Origin: Dehalococcoidia bacterium
Lineage (GTDB): Bacteria > Chloroflexota > Dehalococcoidia > DSTF01 > JACRBR01
Length of the DNA stretch: 58,469 bases
Direction of reading: 5' to 3'
Assembly: GCA_041494685.1 (NCBI GenBank)
Contig: JBGQBE010000015.1
Coordinates: 1-58,469, forward strand
This document shows, one piece after another, positions 18,459 through 27,292 of the stretch. Every line of letters begins with the position of its first letter. Position 1 is the stretch's first letter. A program made the translations under genes and the position numbers. A model generated the notes under the pieces. It was not told where the DNA came from. It searched no databases and worked only from the letters and a program-made list of their open reading frames with translations.

Positions 18459-19679
18459 CTAGATGGTCAGGATATGCACCGTCGTGGCCGCCGCTTCGCC
18501 GCGGACCATACCGCCGCCGTTCTCGGTGAGCCCGACGCGCGCGCCGGCCACCTGCCGGTCGCCCGCGTCACCGCGCAACTGCAGCCAGATCTCGTAGAGT
18601 TGTGCCACGCCAGTCGCGCCGACCGGGTGCCCCTTAGCGAGCAGGCCGCCGCTGGTGTTCACGGGTCGTGCGCCGCCGATCTCCGTCGCGCCGCTGTCGA
18701 TCAGCCGGCCGCCTTCGCCTTCGCCGCAGATCCCCAACTCTTCGTAGAGCATGAGCTCCGCCGGCGCGGACGCGTCGTGCACCTCCATAACGCTGACGTC
18801 GCGGGGCGTCACGCCGGCCATCTCGAACGCCTGCCGCGCGGCGCGCGCGGTGATGCCGCCATGCGCTGCGCGTTCGTCCGATCCGGAGACGAGCGTCGAG
18901 GCCCGCACCCACACGGGCTTCGTGGTGTACTGCCGCGCTTTCTCCTCGCTCATCAGGATCGCGGCGGCAGCGCCGTCGCCGATCGGCGCGCACATGAGGC
19001 GCGTAAGCGGCTCGGCGATGGTTGGCGACGCGAGGATCTCCTCGAGCGTGTAGCGTTCGCGGTACTGGGCGTGCGGGTTGAGGCTGCCATTGTTGTGGTT
19101 CTTTACCGCGACGCGCGCGAACTGCTCCTTCGTCGTCCCGTACTTCGCCATGTGGGCGCGCGCGCCCGCGGCGTAGATGTCCATGAACAGGCTGCGCGAC
19201 TTGCCCGCGCCGCTTTCCGCGCCCGCCTTCTGCTCCGATGGCGGCTTGAGCTGCTCCATGAGTCCGCGGAGCTGCTCGACGTCGACGCCGGCGCTGAACG
19301 CCGCGAGCGTGCGGGACTTGTCCGGCGAGAACATCTTCTCGACGCCCAGGGCGAGGGCGACGTCGTACATGCCGGACGCGACGTACAGCCACGCCAGCTG
19401 GAACGCCGTCGAGGAACTGGCGCAGGCGTTTTCCGTGTTCACCATGGGGATCTCGTCGATCCCCATCTCGCGCAGTACGACCTGTGCCCGAATGCACTCC
19501 TGCCCGGTGATCACGCCCGCCGCCGCGTTGCCGACGATCGCCACCTGCAGCGCGCCCTTGTCGATGCCGGCGGAGTCGAGCGCGGCCGTCACCGCATCGC
19601 GTGTCAACTCCTTCAGGCCCTGGTCGGCGTACTTGCCGAAGCGCGTCATGCCAGCGCCGACGATGGCGACGTTTCTCAT
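18459..19679 (-). CDS. Thiolase family protein (SCP2/lipid-transfer type)
   Basis: VAIVGAGMTRFGK, ENACASSS, KNHNNG, EVHDA, NTSGGLLAKGHPVGATG. Confidence 0.9.
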   Translation of the reverse strand: MRNVAIVGAGMTRFGKYADQGLKELTRDAVTAALDSAGIDKGALQVAIVGNAAAGVITGQECIRAQVVLREMGIDEIPMVNTENACASSSTAFQLAWLYVASGMYDVALALGVEKMFSPDKSRTLAAFSAGVDVEQLRGLMEQLKPPSEQKAGAESGAGKSRSLFMDIYAAGARAHMAKYGTTKEQFARVAVKNHNNGSLNPHAQYRERYTLEEILASPTIAEPLTRLMCAPIGDGAAAAILMSEEKARQYTTKPVWVRASTLVSGSDERAAHGGITARAARQAFEMAGVTPRDVSVMEVHDASAPAELMLYEELGICGEGEGGRLIDSGATEIGGARPVNTSGGLLAKGHPVGATGVAQLYEIWLQLRGDAGDRQVAGARVGLTENGGGMVRGEAAATTVHILTI

Positions 19680-19734
19680 CGCGAGTCCTCCCTCGTGTCC
19701 TTCTGGCCGCCCTCGGCCAGGGCATCGCGCGCGG

Positions 19735-20940
19735 TCAGCTCGCGAGCAGCGCGTCCGCCGCCTTCAGCGAGACCATCTCGTTCGTTCCGTCCATGATCTG
19801 GAGCAGCTTGGCGTCGCGGTAGAGCTTCTCGACGGGGTACTCCTTCGCGATTCCGTAGCCGCCGAAGACCTGCACCATCTCGGCGGTCACGCGCATCGCC
19901 ATGTCGCTGGCCATCGTCCGAGCGGCCATCGCTGTCGGCATGTGCGGCCGGCCCGTGGCGATCAGCCACGACGACTTCCAGAGCAGCGCGCGCGCCGCTT
20001 CGATCTGGCGGTACGCGTCGAACAGCTTGAGCTTGATCGATTCGTATTGGCAGATGGGCCGTCCGCCCTGCACGCGCTGCTTCGCGTAGGCGGACGCTTC
20101 CTCGTACGCGGCGCGTGCGACGCCCACCGCCAGCGTCCCGACGGCGGTGTTCCCTCCCGTGACGATGCGCTCGATCGTCATCTGGTACATGGGACCTGGC
20201 GGCAGCAGTACGAACTCAGGCGCGATCTGCACGTTGTCAAAGAAGATCTCGGCCTGGTTGAGGCCGCGCAAGCCCAGCTTGTCCAGCGGCTTGCCGCGCG
20301 TGATGCCGGGTAGGTTGCCGGGTATCGCGAACGTGATCGTCCCCTCCATGCCCCGGCTTGAGTCGGCGTTCACCATGAGGAGTATGGCGTCGGCCATCCA
20401 GCCGTTGCTGACGAAGGCCGACTTCTGGCCGTTGACGACGTAGTGGTCGCCGTCGCGCACGGCGGTGGTCTCCATGTGGATGCTGGGATCGCCGAACTGG
20501 AAGAGGTCAGAGCCGTGGTTCGGCTCGGTGACGGCCCACGCGCCGCTGTGCTCTCCCTTCGTGTCGGAGATGTACGCCTCCAGGTACTTGCGATAGAACG
20601 GATGCTTGTCCGGCGTCGCCGCCGCAATGCCCGCGATCATCGGCGCGACGAGGAAGTGGCTCGCCAGTCCCGCGTCGCCGACCGCCATCTCCTCCTGCAC
20701 GACGATGCCGGCCATCTCGGGCGCGCCGAGGCCGCCGACTTCCTTCGGCAGGTTGAGCTTGTGGAACCCCTGCTCGTAGGCCTGCGCGAGGACACGCCGC
20801 AGCCGGTCGCTGGTGTAGGCGGCCTCCGGGTCCGCGATACGGTCTATCTCGATGCCGGCCGGCCGCATCTCGCGGCGGGCGAAGTCCCGGGTCATGTCCC
20901 GGATCCGCTCGACCTCTTCCGTTAGTGCGAAGTCCACCAT
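19735..20940 (-). CDS. Acyl-CoA dehydrogenase
   Basis: AVTEPNHGSD, NGQKSAFVSNG, KLGLRG, QVFGGYG, YRDAKLLQIMDGTNE. Confidence 0.92.
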   Translation of the reverse strand: MVDFALTEEVERIRDMTRDFARREMRPAGIEIDRIADPEAAYTSDRLRRVLAQAYEQGFHKLNLPKEVGGLGAPEMAGIVVQEEMAVGDAGLASHFLVAPMIAGIAAATPDKHPFYRKYLEAYISDTKGEHSGAWAVTEPNHGSDLFQFGDPSIHMETTAVRDGDHYVVNGQKSAFVSNGWMADAILLMVNADSSRGMEGTITFAIPGNLPGITRGKPLDKLGLRGLNQAEIFFDNVQIAPEFVLLPPGPMYQMTIERIVTGGNTAVGTLAVGVARAAYEEASAYAKQRVQGGRPICQYESIKLKLFDAYRQIEAARALLWKSSWLIATGRPHMPTAMAARTMASDMAMRVTAEMVQVFGGYGIAKEYPVEKLYRDAKLLQIMDGTNEMVSLKAADALLAS

Positions 20941-21307
20941 GGTACGGAAACCTCCCCGTCCTGCCGGGTAAGAGGACGTGCCCCGATCCTAGAGTGGCAG
21001 CCGTGGACTGGGCGCGGTGCGTTCGGCCCGTTCACGGCAGTCGAACGGCACGGACCGGTGACAAACGGCACGTCGCAGGGTGCCATTCGTCCCGGCAATG
21101 TCGGGGCGCTGCGGCACTACACGCCGGGCAGCGCGTCCATTAGCGTCGTACGCGGACCTAGAGAGTGAGGTACGCCTTGCCGCTCGTACCCAGTCGGCCC
21201 GCGTCCAACCCGCATCTCGTTTGGACGGTCCTATCCCCGTACCCTCCGGCCTCCCACGAACGCGCAGAGCGCTGGGCGTGCCCGTCCAGCGAACGAAGGA
21301 TCGCGAT

Positions 21308-21565
21308 ATGAGAAAACAGCAGCCCGCAGTAGTCAAGGGGAAGGCCGCTCGGCCCGCCAAGGCCGCTGTGCCTCGGAAGGCCGCCGCACCGGCGAAGAAA
21401 GCTACCGCGGCAAAGAAGGCCGCTGCGGCGAAGCGGGTCGCTGCAGCGCCGATCGCCGCAGCCAGCGCGGCGGCCGATTCCGACCTGATCGTCGGACCCT
21501 ACGGCGACCTGATGTCGAAGCAGGAACTCGCCCTGATCGCGGCGACGCGCACGCGCGTGAGCTAA
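21308..21565 (+). CDS. Small Lys/Ala-rich protein (histone H1-like composition)
   Basis: ATG at 21308; KAARPAKAAVPRKAAAPAKKATAAKKAAAAKR; ends just upstream of the nitroreductase RBS. Confidence 0.55.
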   Translation: MRKQQPAVVKGKAARPAKAAVPRKAAAPAKKATAAKKAAAAKRVAAAPIAAASAAADSDLIVGPYGDLMSKQELALIAATRTRVS

Positions 21566-21591
21566 CAGGCGGCACGAAAGGGAGCATCCAG

Positions 21592-22437
21592 ATGAACACC
21601 AAACAGGTCATCGGCCGGCGCCGCACCATCCGATTCTTCCTGCCGTTCCGCCCAGTAGAGCGCGAGAAGATCCAGAAGATGCTCGAAGCAGCGAGGCGCG
21701 CTTCTTGCGTCGGCAACGTGATGAACGTGCGCGGCATTGTCATCTGGAAGGAGAAGGCGTCGCCGGAGTTGATTAAGGCGATTACGCCGCCCCTCGGCTA
21801 TCAGCAGATGCAGACCGCTCCCGTGTTCATCTTCTGGTACAACGAGACCGACGCGTACCAGATCGACAAGTGGATCGACGCCCTGTACGGGCTCGCTGAC
21901 ACGCACCGCATCGGCACGAACGCCGAGGCGACGAAAGCGCAGGTCGACAAAGGTCTGCGGCCGGCGTTCGCCGCCAGTTGGCAGCAGATGGCGGTGTCCC
22001 CACTCGCGTTTATGGACGTCGGCCAGGCGATCGCGCAGGCGACGCTTGTCGCGTACGACGAAGGCCTCGGCACGTGCTGCATGAGTAGCCCGCGACTGGA
22101 ACAGGTAGGCAAGCTCCTCAACCTGCCGGCTTCGGCCGTGCCGGTGTGCCTGCAGGCGGTCGGCTACTCGGCGGAGCAGTGGGAGGCCGGCGGCCAGACG
22201 GTGAAGCCGCCGTTCGAGACGATGTTCTTCGACATGGAGTACGGCACGCCGTTCGCGTCCGACCCGGCCGTCGATGAGGAGCTGAGGCGTGAGGGCATGC
22301 TCGCGGATCCCGCGCCGCTCGCGTGGCGAGAGGCTGAGCTGGAGTATCTGATGAAGGGGCTCGGGCTCGAAGACCGCATCACCGCCTTCCCAATCCCCGG
22401 CGCCGCGCCCGCGGGCGGCAACGGCCGGCAGGGCTAG
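21592..22437 (+). CDS. Nitroreductase family protein
   Basis: VIGRRRTIRFF, AARRAS, DVGQAIAQATLVAYDEGLGTC, AVGY. Confidence 0.85.
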   Translation: MNTKQVIGRRRTIRFFLPFRPVEREKIQKMLEAARRASCVGNVMNVRGIVIWKEKASPELIKAITPPLGYQQMQTAPVFIFWYNETDAYQIDKWIDALYGLADTHRIGTNAEATKAQVDKGLRPAFAASWQQMAVSPLAFMDVGQAIAQATLVAYDEGLGTCCMSSPRLEQVGKLLNLPASAVPVCLQAVGYSAEQWEAGGQTVKPPFETMFFDMEYGTPFASDPAVDEELRREGMLADPAPLAWREAELEYLMKGLGLEDRITAFPIPGAAPAGGNGRQG

Positions 22438-22441
22438 CGGG

Positions 22442-23434
22442 ATGGCGCGGACCGGCAAGAGCATCGCGATCCTCGATGAGGGCGTCGGCGTATACAGGCC
22501 GCCGGACCCCGACGGCATGCGCCGCTTCGTCCGCGACAACAAGGACCGCCGGCTCGTCGACAAGCGCATGAGCGAGCAGGATGCCGTGTCGCGCTTCGTC
22601 TTCGATGGCGCCTACGTCAGCTACGACACGAACACATGGCGGCGCGGCCCCAGTTCGCTGATGCGCGAGATCATCCGCCAGCGCCGACGCGACCTCTGGC
22701 TCGCCGCCAAGTTCAGCGCGCACGACGCGACGCTGCTGGTGGCGGGCGGCTGCGTCAGCAAGATCGACGTCGGCTGGATGGAAGTCGGCAGCGTGATCAC
22801 CGAGGCGATGAACGCAGGCCGGTTGAAGCTGTACGAGTGGACGAACGGCGCCCTCGCGTACCGGCACCTCGCGGGCGCGCTCGGCGTGCCGTTTCTGCCG
22901 CTGCGGTACGTTGGCGGCACCAGCGTCTTCCGCAACTCCGGCGCCAAGCTGATCGAGGATCCGTACACGGGACAGGCGGTGTGCCTGGTGCCGGCGGTGA
23001 ACCCGGATGTCGCGCTTATCCACGTGAACCAGTGCGACATCTACGGCAACGCGCGCATCTTCGGGCCGGGCCTCGCGCCCGTTGAGACGGCGATGGCGTC
23101 GAAGCGGGTGATCATCTCGACCGAGGAGATCATCGACACGGAGGAGATCCGCAAGCATCCGGGCGCTACGACGATCCCGTACTACATCGTCGATGCGGTG
23201 GTCCACGCGCCGTTCGGCTGCTACCCGGGCACGGTGCCGGGGCTGTACCGAGCCGACCTGCAGCACCTGATGGAGTTCGGCATCGCACAGGCGCAGGGCA
23301 AGATGGGCGACTACCTGGAGAAGTGGGTCTTCAGCGTCTCGTCGCACACTGACATGCTCGAGAAGCGGGTCGGGCTGGAGAAGCTGAACCTGCTCCGTGC
23401 CGAGGAGACGCACACCGAAGGGTACTACACATGA
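22442..23434 (+). CDS. Class I CoA-transferase subunit A (GctA/IpdA-like)
   Basis: AGALGVPFLP, DPYTG, PAVNPDVALIHVNQCDIYGNARI, STEEII, DAVVHAPFGCYP. Confidence 0.88.
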   Translation: MARTGKSIAILDEGVGVYRPPDPDGMRRFVRDNKDRRLVDKRMSEQDAVSRFVFDGAYVSYDTNTWRRGPSSLMREIIRQRRRDLWLAAKFSAHDATLLVAGGCVSKIDVGWMEVGSVITEAMNAGRLKLYEWTNGALAYRHLAGALGVPFLPLRYVGGTSVFRNSGAKLIEDPYTGQAVCLVPAVNPDVALIHVNQCDIYGNARIFGPGLAPVETAMASKRVIISTEEIIDTEEIRKHPGATTIPYYIVDAVVHAPFGCYPGTVPGLYRADLQHLMEFGIAQAQGKMGDYLEKWVFSVSSHTDMLEKRVGLEKLNLLRAEETHTEGYYT

Positions 23435-24294
23435 CCGCAGCGCTCGCATTCACCACCAACGAGGCCGCGATCGTCTACACCTCGCGCATGATGGAGGAGG
23501 ATCGGCTCTACTTCGTGGCGATCGGCGGCCCGCCGCTGCTGGCGATCCTGCTCTCAAAGCAGTTGCGCACGCCGAAGATCGCGTACGTGGTCGAGGATGG
23601 CACGATCGCGCCGGAGATGCCGGTGCCGACGCCGCCCTTCATGATCGGCGCCGGGCTGGCGTCGAGCCGAGCGGTCGCGTGGACCGACATGAACACGGTC
23701 GATTTCCACGCAGGCCTCGGCTACCTCGATTATGGCGTCCTCGCGGCGGTGCAGATCGACGAGTACGGCAATTTCAACTCGACGTTCCTGGGCGACGACT
23801 TCGACCGGCCCGCGCGGCGCTTCGGCGGCCCCGGCGGCGCGACGGAGATCGCGTCGCTGTGCTGGCGCACGATCCTGATGACGCGCCTCGACCGCCGGAA
23901 GTTCGTGAAGAAGCTCGACTTCATGTCGTCGCCCGGCTTCCTCGACGGGTCGGTGGGCGCTCGACAGCGCGCCGGCATGCCCGCCGAGACGGGTCCGCAT
24001 CGCGTCGTCACCGAGCGGGCCGTCTTCGGCTTCGACGAAGAGACGCGCCGCATGCAACTCGTCGCGGTCGCGCCGTGGAGCAGCGTCGACGAGGTGCTGG
24101 GTGAGATGGAGTTCAAGCCGCTGATCGCAGCCGACCTGGCGTCGCTCGATCCGCCGACGGACGAGGAACTTGCGACGTTGCGGGCCGACATCGACCCGAC
24201 GGGCCGCACGATCAGCGGCGACTGGATACAGCTCGAGGAGGCCGGGGGCAAGCTGCGCCGCGTTGCGGCGGAGCCGGCGCCAACCGGGAGATAA
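23431..24294 (+). CDS. Class I CoA-transferase subunit B (GctB/IpdB-like)
   Basis: VVEDG, QIDEYGNFNST, GPGGATEIA, FVKKLDFMSSPG, VVTERAVFGFD; ATGA overlap with subunit A. Confidence 0.88.
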   Translation: MTAALAFTTNEAAIVYTSRMMEEDRLYFVAIGGPPLLAILLSKQLRTPKIAYVVEDGTIAPEMPVPTPPFMIGAGLASSRAVAWTDMNTVDFHAGLGYLDYGVLAAVQIDEYGNFNSTFLGDDFDRPARRFGGPGGATEIASLCWRTILMTRLDRRKFVKKLDFMSSPGFLDGSVGARQRAGMPAETGPHRVVTERAVFGFDEETRRMQLVAVAPWSSVDEVLGEMEFKPLIAADLASLDPPTDEELATLRADIDPTGRTISGDWIQLEEAGGKLRRVAAEPAPTGR

Positions 24295-24391
24295 CGAAGC
24301 GCAGATCGACCGTCGCCGCGCAAGCGTCACGGTCGTGGGCGGCGGAGTCGGCGCGCCGTGTCGCGTCTTTGGCCGGAGGCAGGGGAGGGCG

Positions 24392-27208
24392 ATGATGACC
24401 ACGAAGCCGATCGAAGCGAGTACCTCGACGCAGGCGGGCAACGGCGACACGCCGGCACCCGGCACGGAGGGTCGCTACCGCGGCCGCCTCGAATGGGACA
24501 GCGTCACCTGGGCCACGCACTGTGTCGACTGCTATCCCGGCAACTGCCCGTATCGTGTCTACGTGAAGGACGGCGTGGTCGTGGGGGAGGAGCAGGCGGG
24601 GGACATGCCGGTCGTCGAGAAGGGCGTGCCGGACATGAACCCGCTTGGCTGTCAGAAGGGCGCCGCGTGGAGCAAGATGCTGTACGCACCCGAGCGGGTG
24701 CTGCACCCGCTGAAGCGCGCCGGTGCGCGCGGCGACGGCAAGTGGCAGCAGGTCTCGTGGGACCAGGCGCTGACGGAGATCGCGGACCACCTGCTGGACG
24801 CGCTAGTGGAGGACGGCCCGGAGACGATCATCGACGAGGGCACGCCTGGTGAAGGCGGTCTGCTGACGGGCTTCATGTTCTCGCGGCTGATCGGCCTGCT
24901 CGGCGGTCTGCACCTGGACACGAACGCGACGATCAACGATTTCTCGCCCGGGATCTATCTGACGTTCGGCAAGTTCGACCCCGCACCCAGCGTCGACGAC
25001 ATCTTCCACGCCGAGTTCATCATGTTCACGCACTGTAACCCGGCGTACACGATGATCCCGTCGTTCCACTTCACCACCGAGGCGCGCTACAAGGGCGCGG
25101 AAGTGGTGCTGGTCGCGCCCGATGTCAGCCCCTCGCATACGCACGCGGACTACTTCGTGCCGGTCAAGCCGGGCACCGACGCGGCGCTCGGCCTGGCGAT
25201 GGCGCAGGTGATCATCGAGGAGGGCACGTACAACCGTGAATTCGTCTGCGAGCAGACGGATCTGCCGCTGCTCGTGCGCGTGGACAATCTGCGCTTCCTC
25301 CGTCAGACCGACCTGGGCGACGGCGGCCGCGAAGACCAGTTCTACGTCTGGGACGAGAAGAAGAATCGCCTGGCGGAAGCGCCGCTGGCCACATTGGCGC
25401 TTGGCGACCTCCAGCCCTCGCTCAGCGGCGCGCGGTCCGTCCAACTGAAGGACGGCACGATGATGCAGGTCGTGCCGGTCTTCGAGCTGATGAAAGAACG
25501 GCTCAGCGGCTACACGCCGGAGAAAGCATCCCCCATGTGCGGCGTGAACCCGGAGATGATCCGTACGCTCGCCCGCAAAATCGCGAGCAAACGCGGCAGC
25601 ATCTTCTGCGGCGGGACGTCGTTCAAGTACTACCACTCCGACCTGATGCTTCGAGCGTACCTGCTCGTGCTGGCGCTCACGGGGAACTGGGGCCGCAAGG
25701 GCACGGGGCCGGTCGAGTGGTCGGTCGCGGGATTCGACGGGCCGTTCCTGTCGTTCGCGAAGAGCGGCAAGGGCCCCGATGAGGCGCGCAAGGTGATGGA
25801 GCTGCGCAAGGCGCTCGTCGCCGCCCTCAAGAGCGAAGACCCGACGATGACGGAGGAGATGGCGCACATCGAGCTGATGCATCGGTTCTCGCAGACGGGC
25901 GGCATGGCCCCGCCGGCCATGCTCTGGTACGAGCACTGGGGATACAAGGACATCTGGGAGAACCGCGACTACAACGACCCGACGATGCAGCGGCCGTTCG
26001 AGGACTACATCGCCGAGGCGCTGAAGAAAGACTGGTGGATGGCCCCCAAGCGGACCGCCAACACGAAGACGCCCCGGGTGTACTTCGAAGTCGGCGGCAA
26101 CGCACTACGCCGCACGCGAGGCGGCCAGAACCTGATGCTCCCCAACATCTGGGCGAAGCTGCGCTGCGCCGTGAGCGTCGACTGGCGCATGAACACGACC
26201 GGCATGTACTCGGATTACGTCCTGCCTGTGGCACATCACTTCGAGAAGCTGGCCTTCATGTTCCCGACGCCGCAGTTGATGAACCTCACCTTCTCCGACA
26301 AGGCCGTGGAGCCGCCGGAAGACGTGATGGCGGAGGTCGAGATCGCCGTCAAGCTCGCGGAGAAGCTCGAGGAGCGCGCGAAGGCGCGAGGCATCACGCA
26401 GATCGTCGACGCCCAGGGCGGCGTGCATTCGCTCGTCGGTCTGCGGCAGCAGTTCACGGTGGATGGGACGCTCGATAACACCGAGTCGGTCGCTCGGGAG
26501 TGGGTGAGCGACGCCGTCGTGGCGGGCAACCTGCCGGAGGGGACATCGCTCGACACGCTGCGTGAGAAGGGCCACATGCGGTTTCTGAACTGGGGCATGG
26601 GCCCGATGTCGCGCAGCCAGGCGGCCGACATCAAGACGGACGAGACGCACTCGCCGTTCACCTGGCACACGGAGAAGAAGGTGCCGTACCCGACGCTGAC
26701 GCGGCGCGCGCAGTTCTACATCGACCACGAGTGGTTCATCGAGGCCGGCGAGGAGTTGCCGTGCCACAAGGACAATCCGCCCCAGGGCGGCGACTATCCG
26801 TTCCAGATGACGAGCGGCCACCCCCGCTGGAGCATCCACTCGATGAACATCACCAACAAGACGCTGCTGCAGACGCACCGCGGCCGTCCGCACCTCATGA
26901 TGAACGACAACGACGCGGCGCGACTCGGCATCGAGGACGAGGAAGAGGTCGAGGTCACGAACGACCTCGGCACGATGCTCACGCCGGTGAAGCTTTCGGC
27001 GACGGTGCAGCCGGGGCAGGTGATCTCGTACAACGGCTGGGAGCCGTACATGTACCGGACCTGGAAGGGCGCGTCCGACCTGGAGCCGGGGATGGTCAAG
27101 TGGCTACATTTCGCGGGCGGGTACGGTCACCTGCGCTACTGGCCGTTCCAGTGGCAGCCCGTGCCCTTCGACAGGGGCGTACGCGTGAACGTCTCCAAGA
27201 TCGACTGA
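24392..27208 (+). CDS. Molybdopterin oxidoreductase alpha subunit 2 (DMSO reductase type II)
   Basis: GGGGAGGG RBS; THCVDCYPGNC...NPLGCQKG, NDFSPG, PTLTRRAQFYIDH, SGHPRWSIHS; no Tat signal. Confidence 0.9.
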   Translation: MMTTKPIEASTSTQAGNGDTPAPGTEGRYRGRLEWDSVTWATHCVDCYPGNCPYRVYVKDGVVVGEEQAGDMPVVEKGVPDMNPLGCQKGAAWSKMLYAPERVLHPLKRAGARGDGKWQQVSWDQALTEIADHLLDALVEDGPETIIDEGTPGEGGLLTGFMFSRLIGLLGGLHLDTNATINDFSPGIYLTFGKFDPAPSVDDIFHAEFIMFTHCNPAYTMIPSFHFTTEARYKGAEVVLVAPDVSPSHTHADYFVPVKPGTDAALGLAMAQVIIEEGTYNREFVCEQTDLPLLVRVDNLRFLRQTDLGDGGREDQFYVWDEKKNRLAEAPLATLALGDLQPSLSGARSVQLKDGTMMQVVPVFELMKERLSGYTPEKASPMCGVNPEMIRTLARKIASKRGSIFCGGTSFKYYHSDLMLRAYLLVLALTGNWGRKGTGPVEWSVAGFDGPFLSFAKSGKGPDEARKVMELRKALVAALKSEDPTMTEEMAHIELMHRFSQTGGMAPPAMLWYEHWGYKDIWENRDYNDPTMQRPFEDYIAEALKKDWWMAPKRTANTKTPRVYFEVGGNALRRTRGGQNLMLPNIWAKLRCAVSVDWRMNTTGMYSDYVLPVAHHFEKLAFMFPTPQLMNLTFSDKAVEPPEDVMAEVEIAVKLAEKLEERAKARGITQIVDAQGGVHSLVGLRQQFTVDGTLDNTESVAREWVSDAVVAGNLPEGTSLDTLREKGHMRFLNWGMGPMSRSQAADIKTDETHSPFTWHTEKKVPYPTLTRRAQFYIDHEWFIEAGEELPCHKDNPPQGGDYPFQMTSGHPRWSIHSMNITNKTLLQTHRGRPHLMMNDNDAARLGIEDEEEVEVTNDLGTMLTPVKLSATVQPGQVISYNGWEPYMYRTWKGASDLEPGMVKWLHFAGGYGHLRYWPFQWQPVPFDRGVRVNVSKID

Positions 27209-27238
27209 CAGTCGCTCGCGCCTCAGTTCGTGCGACAG

Positions 27239-27266
27239 AGAAGGCCCGCCGTCAGGCGGGCCTTCT
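27239..27266. terminator. Bidirectional terminator-like hairpin
   Basis: AGAAGGCCCGCC-GTCA-GGCGGGCCTTCT between convergent alpha subunit genes. Confidence 0.75.
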
Positions 27267-27292
27267 TCGATCGCGGTGCGCGCGTGCGGCGC

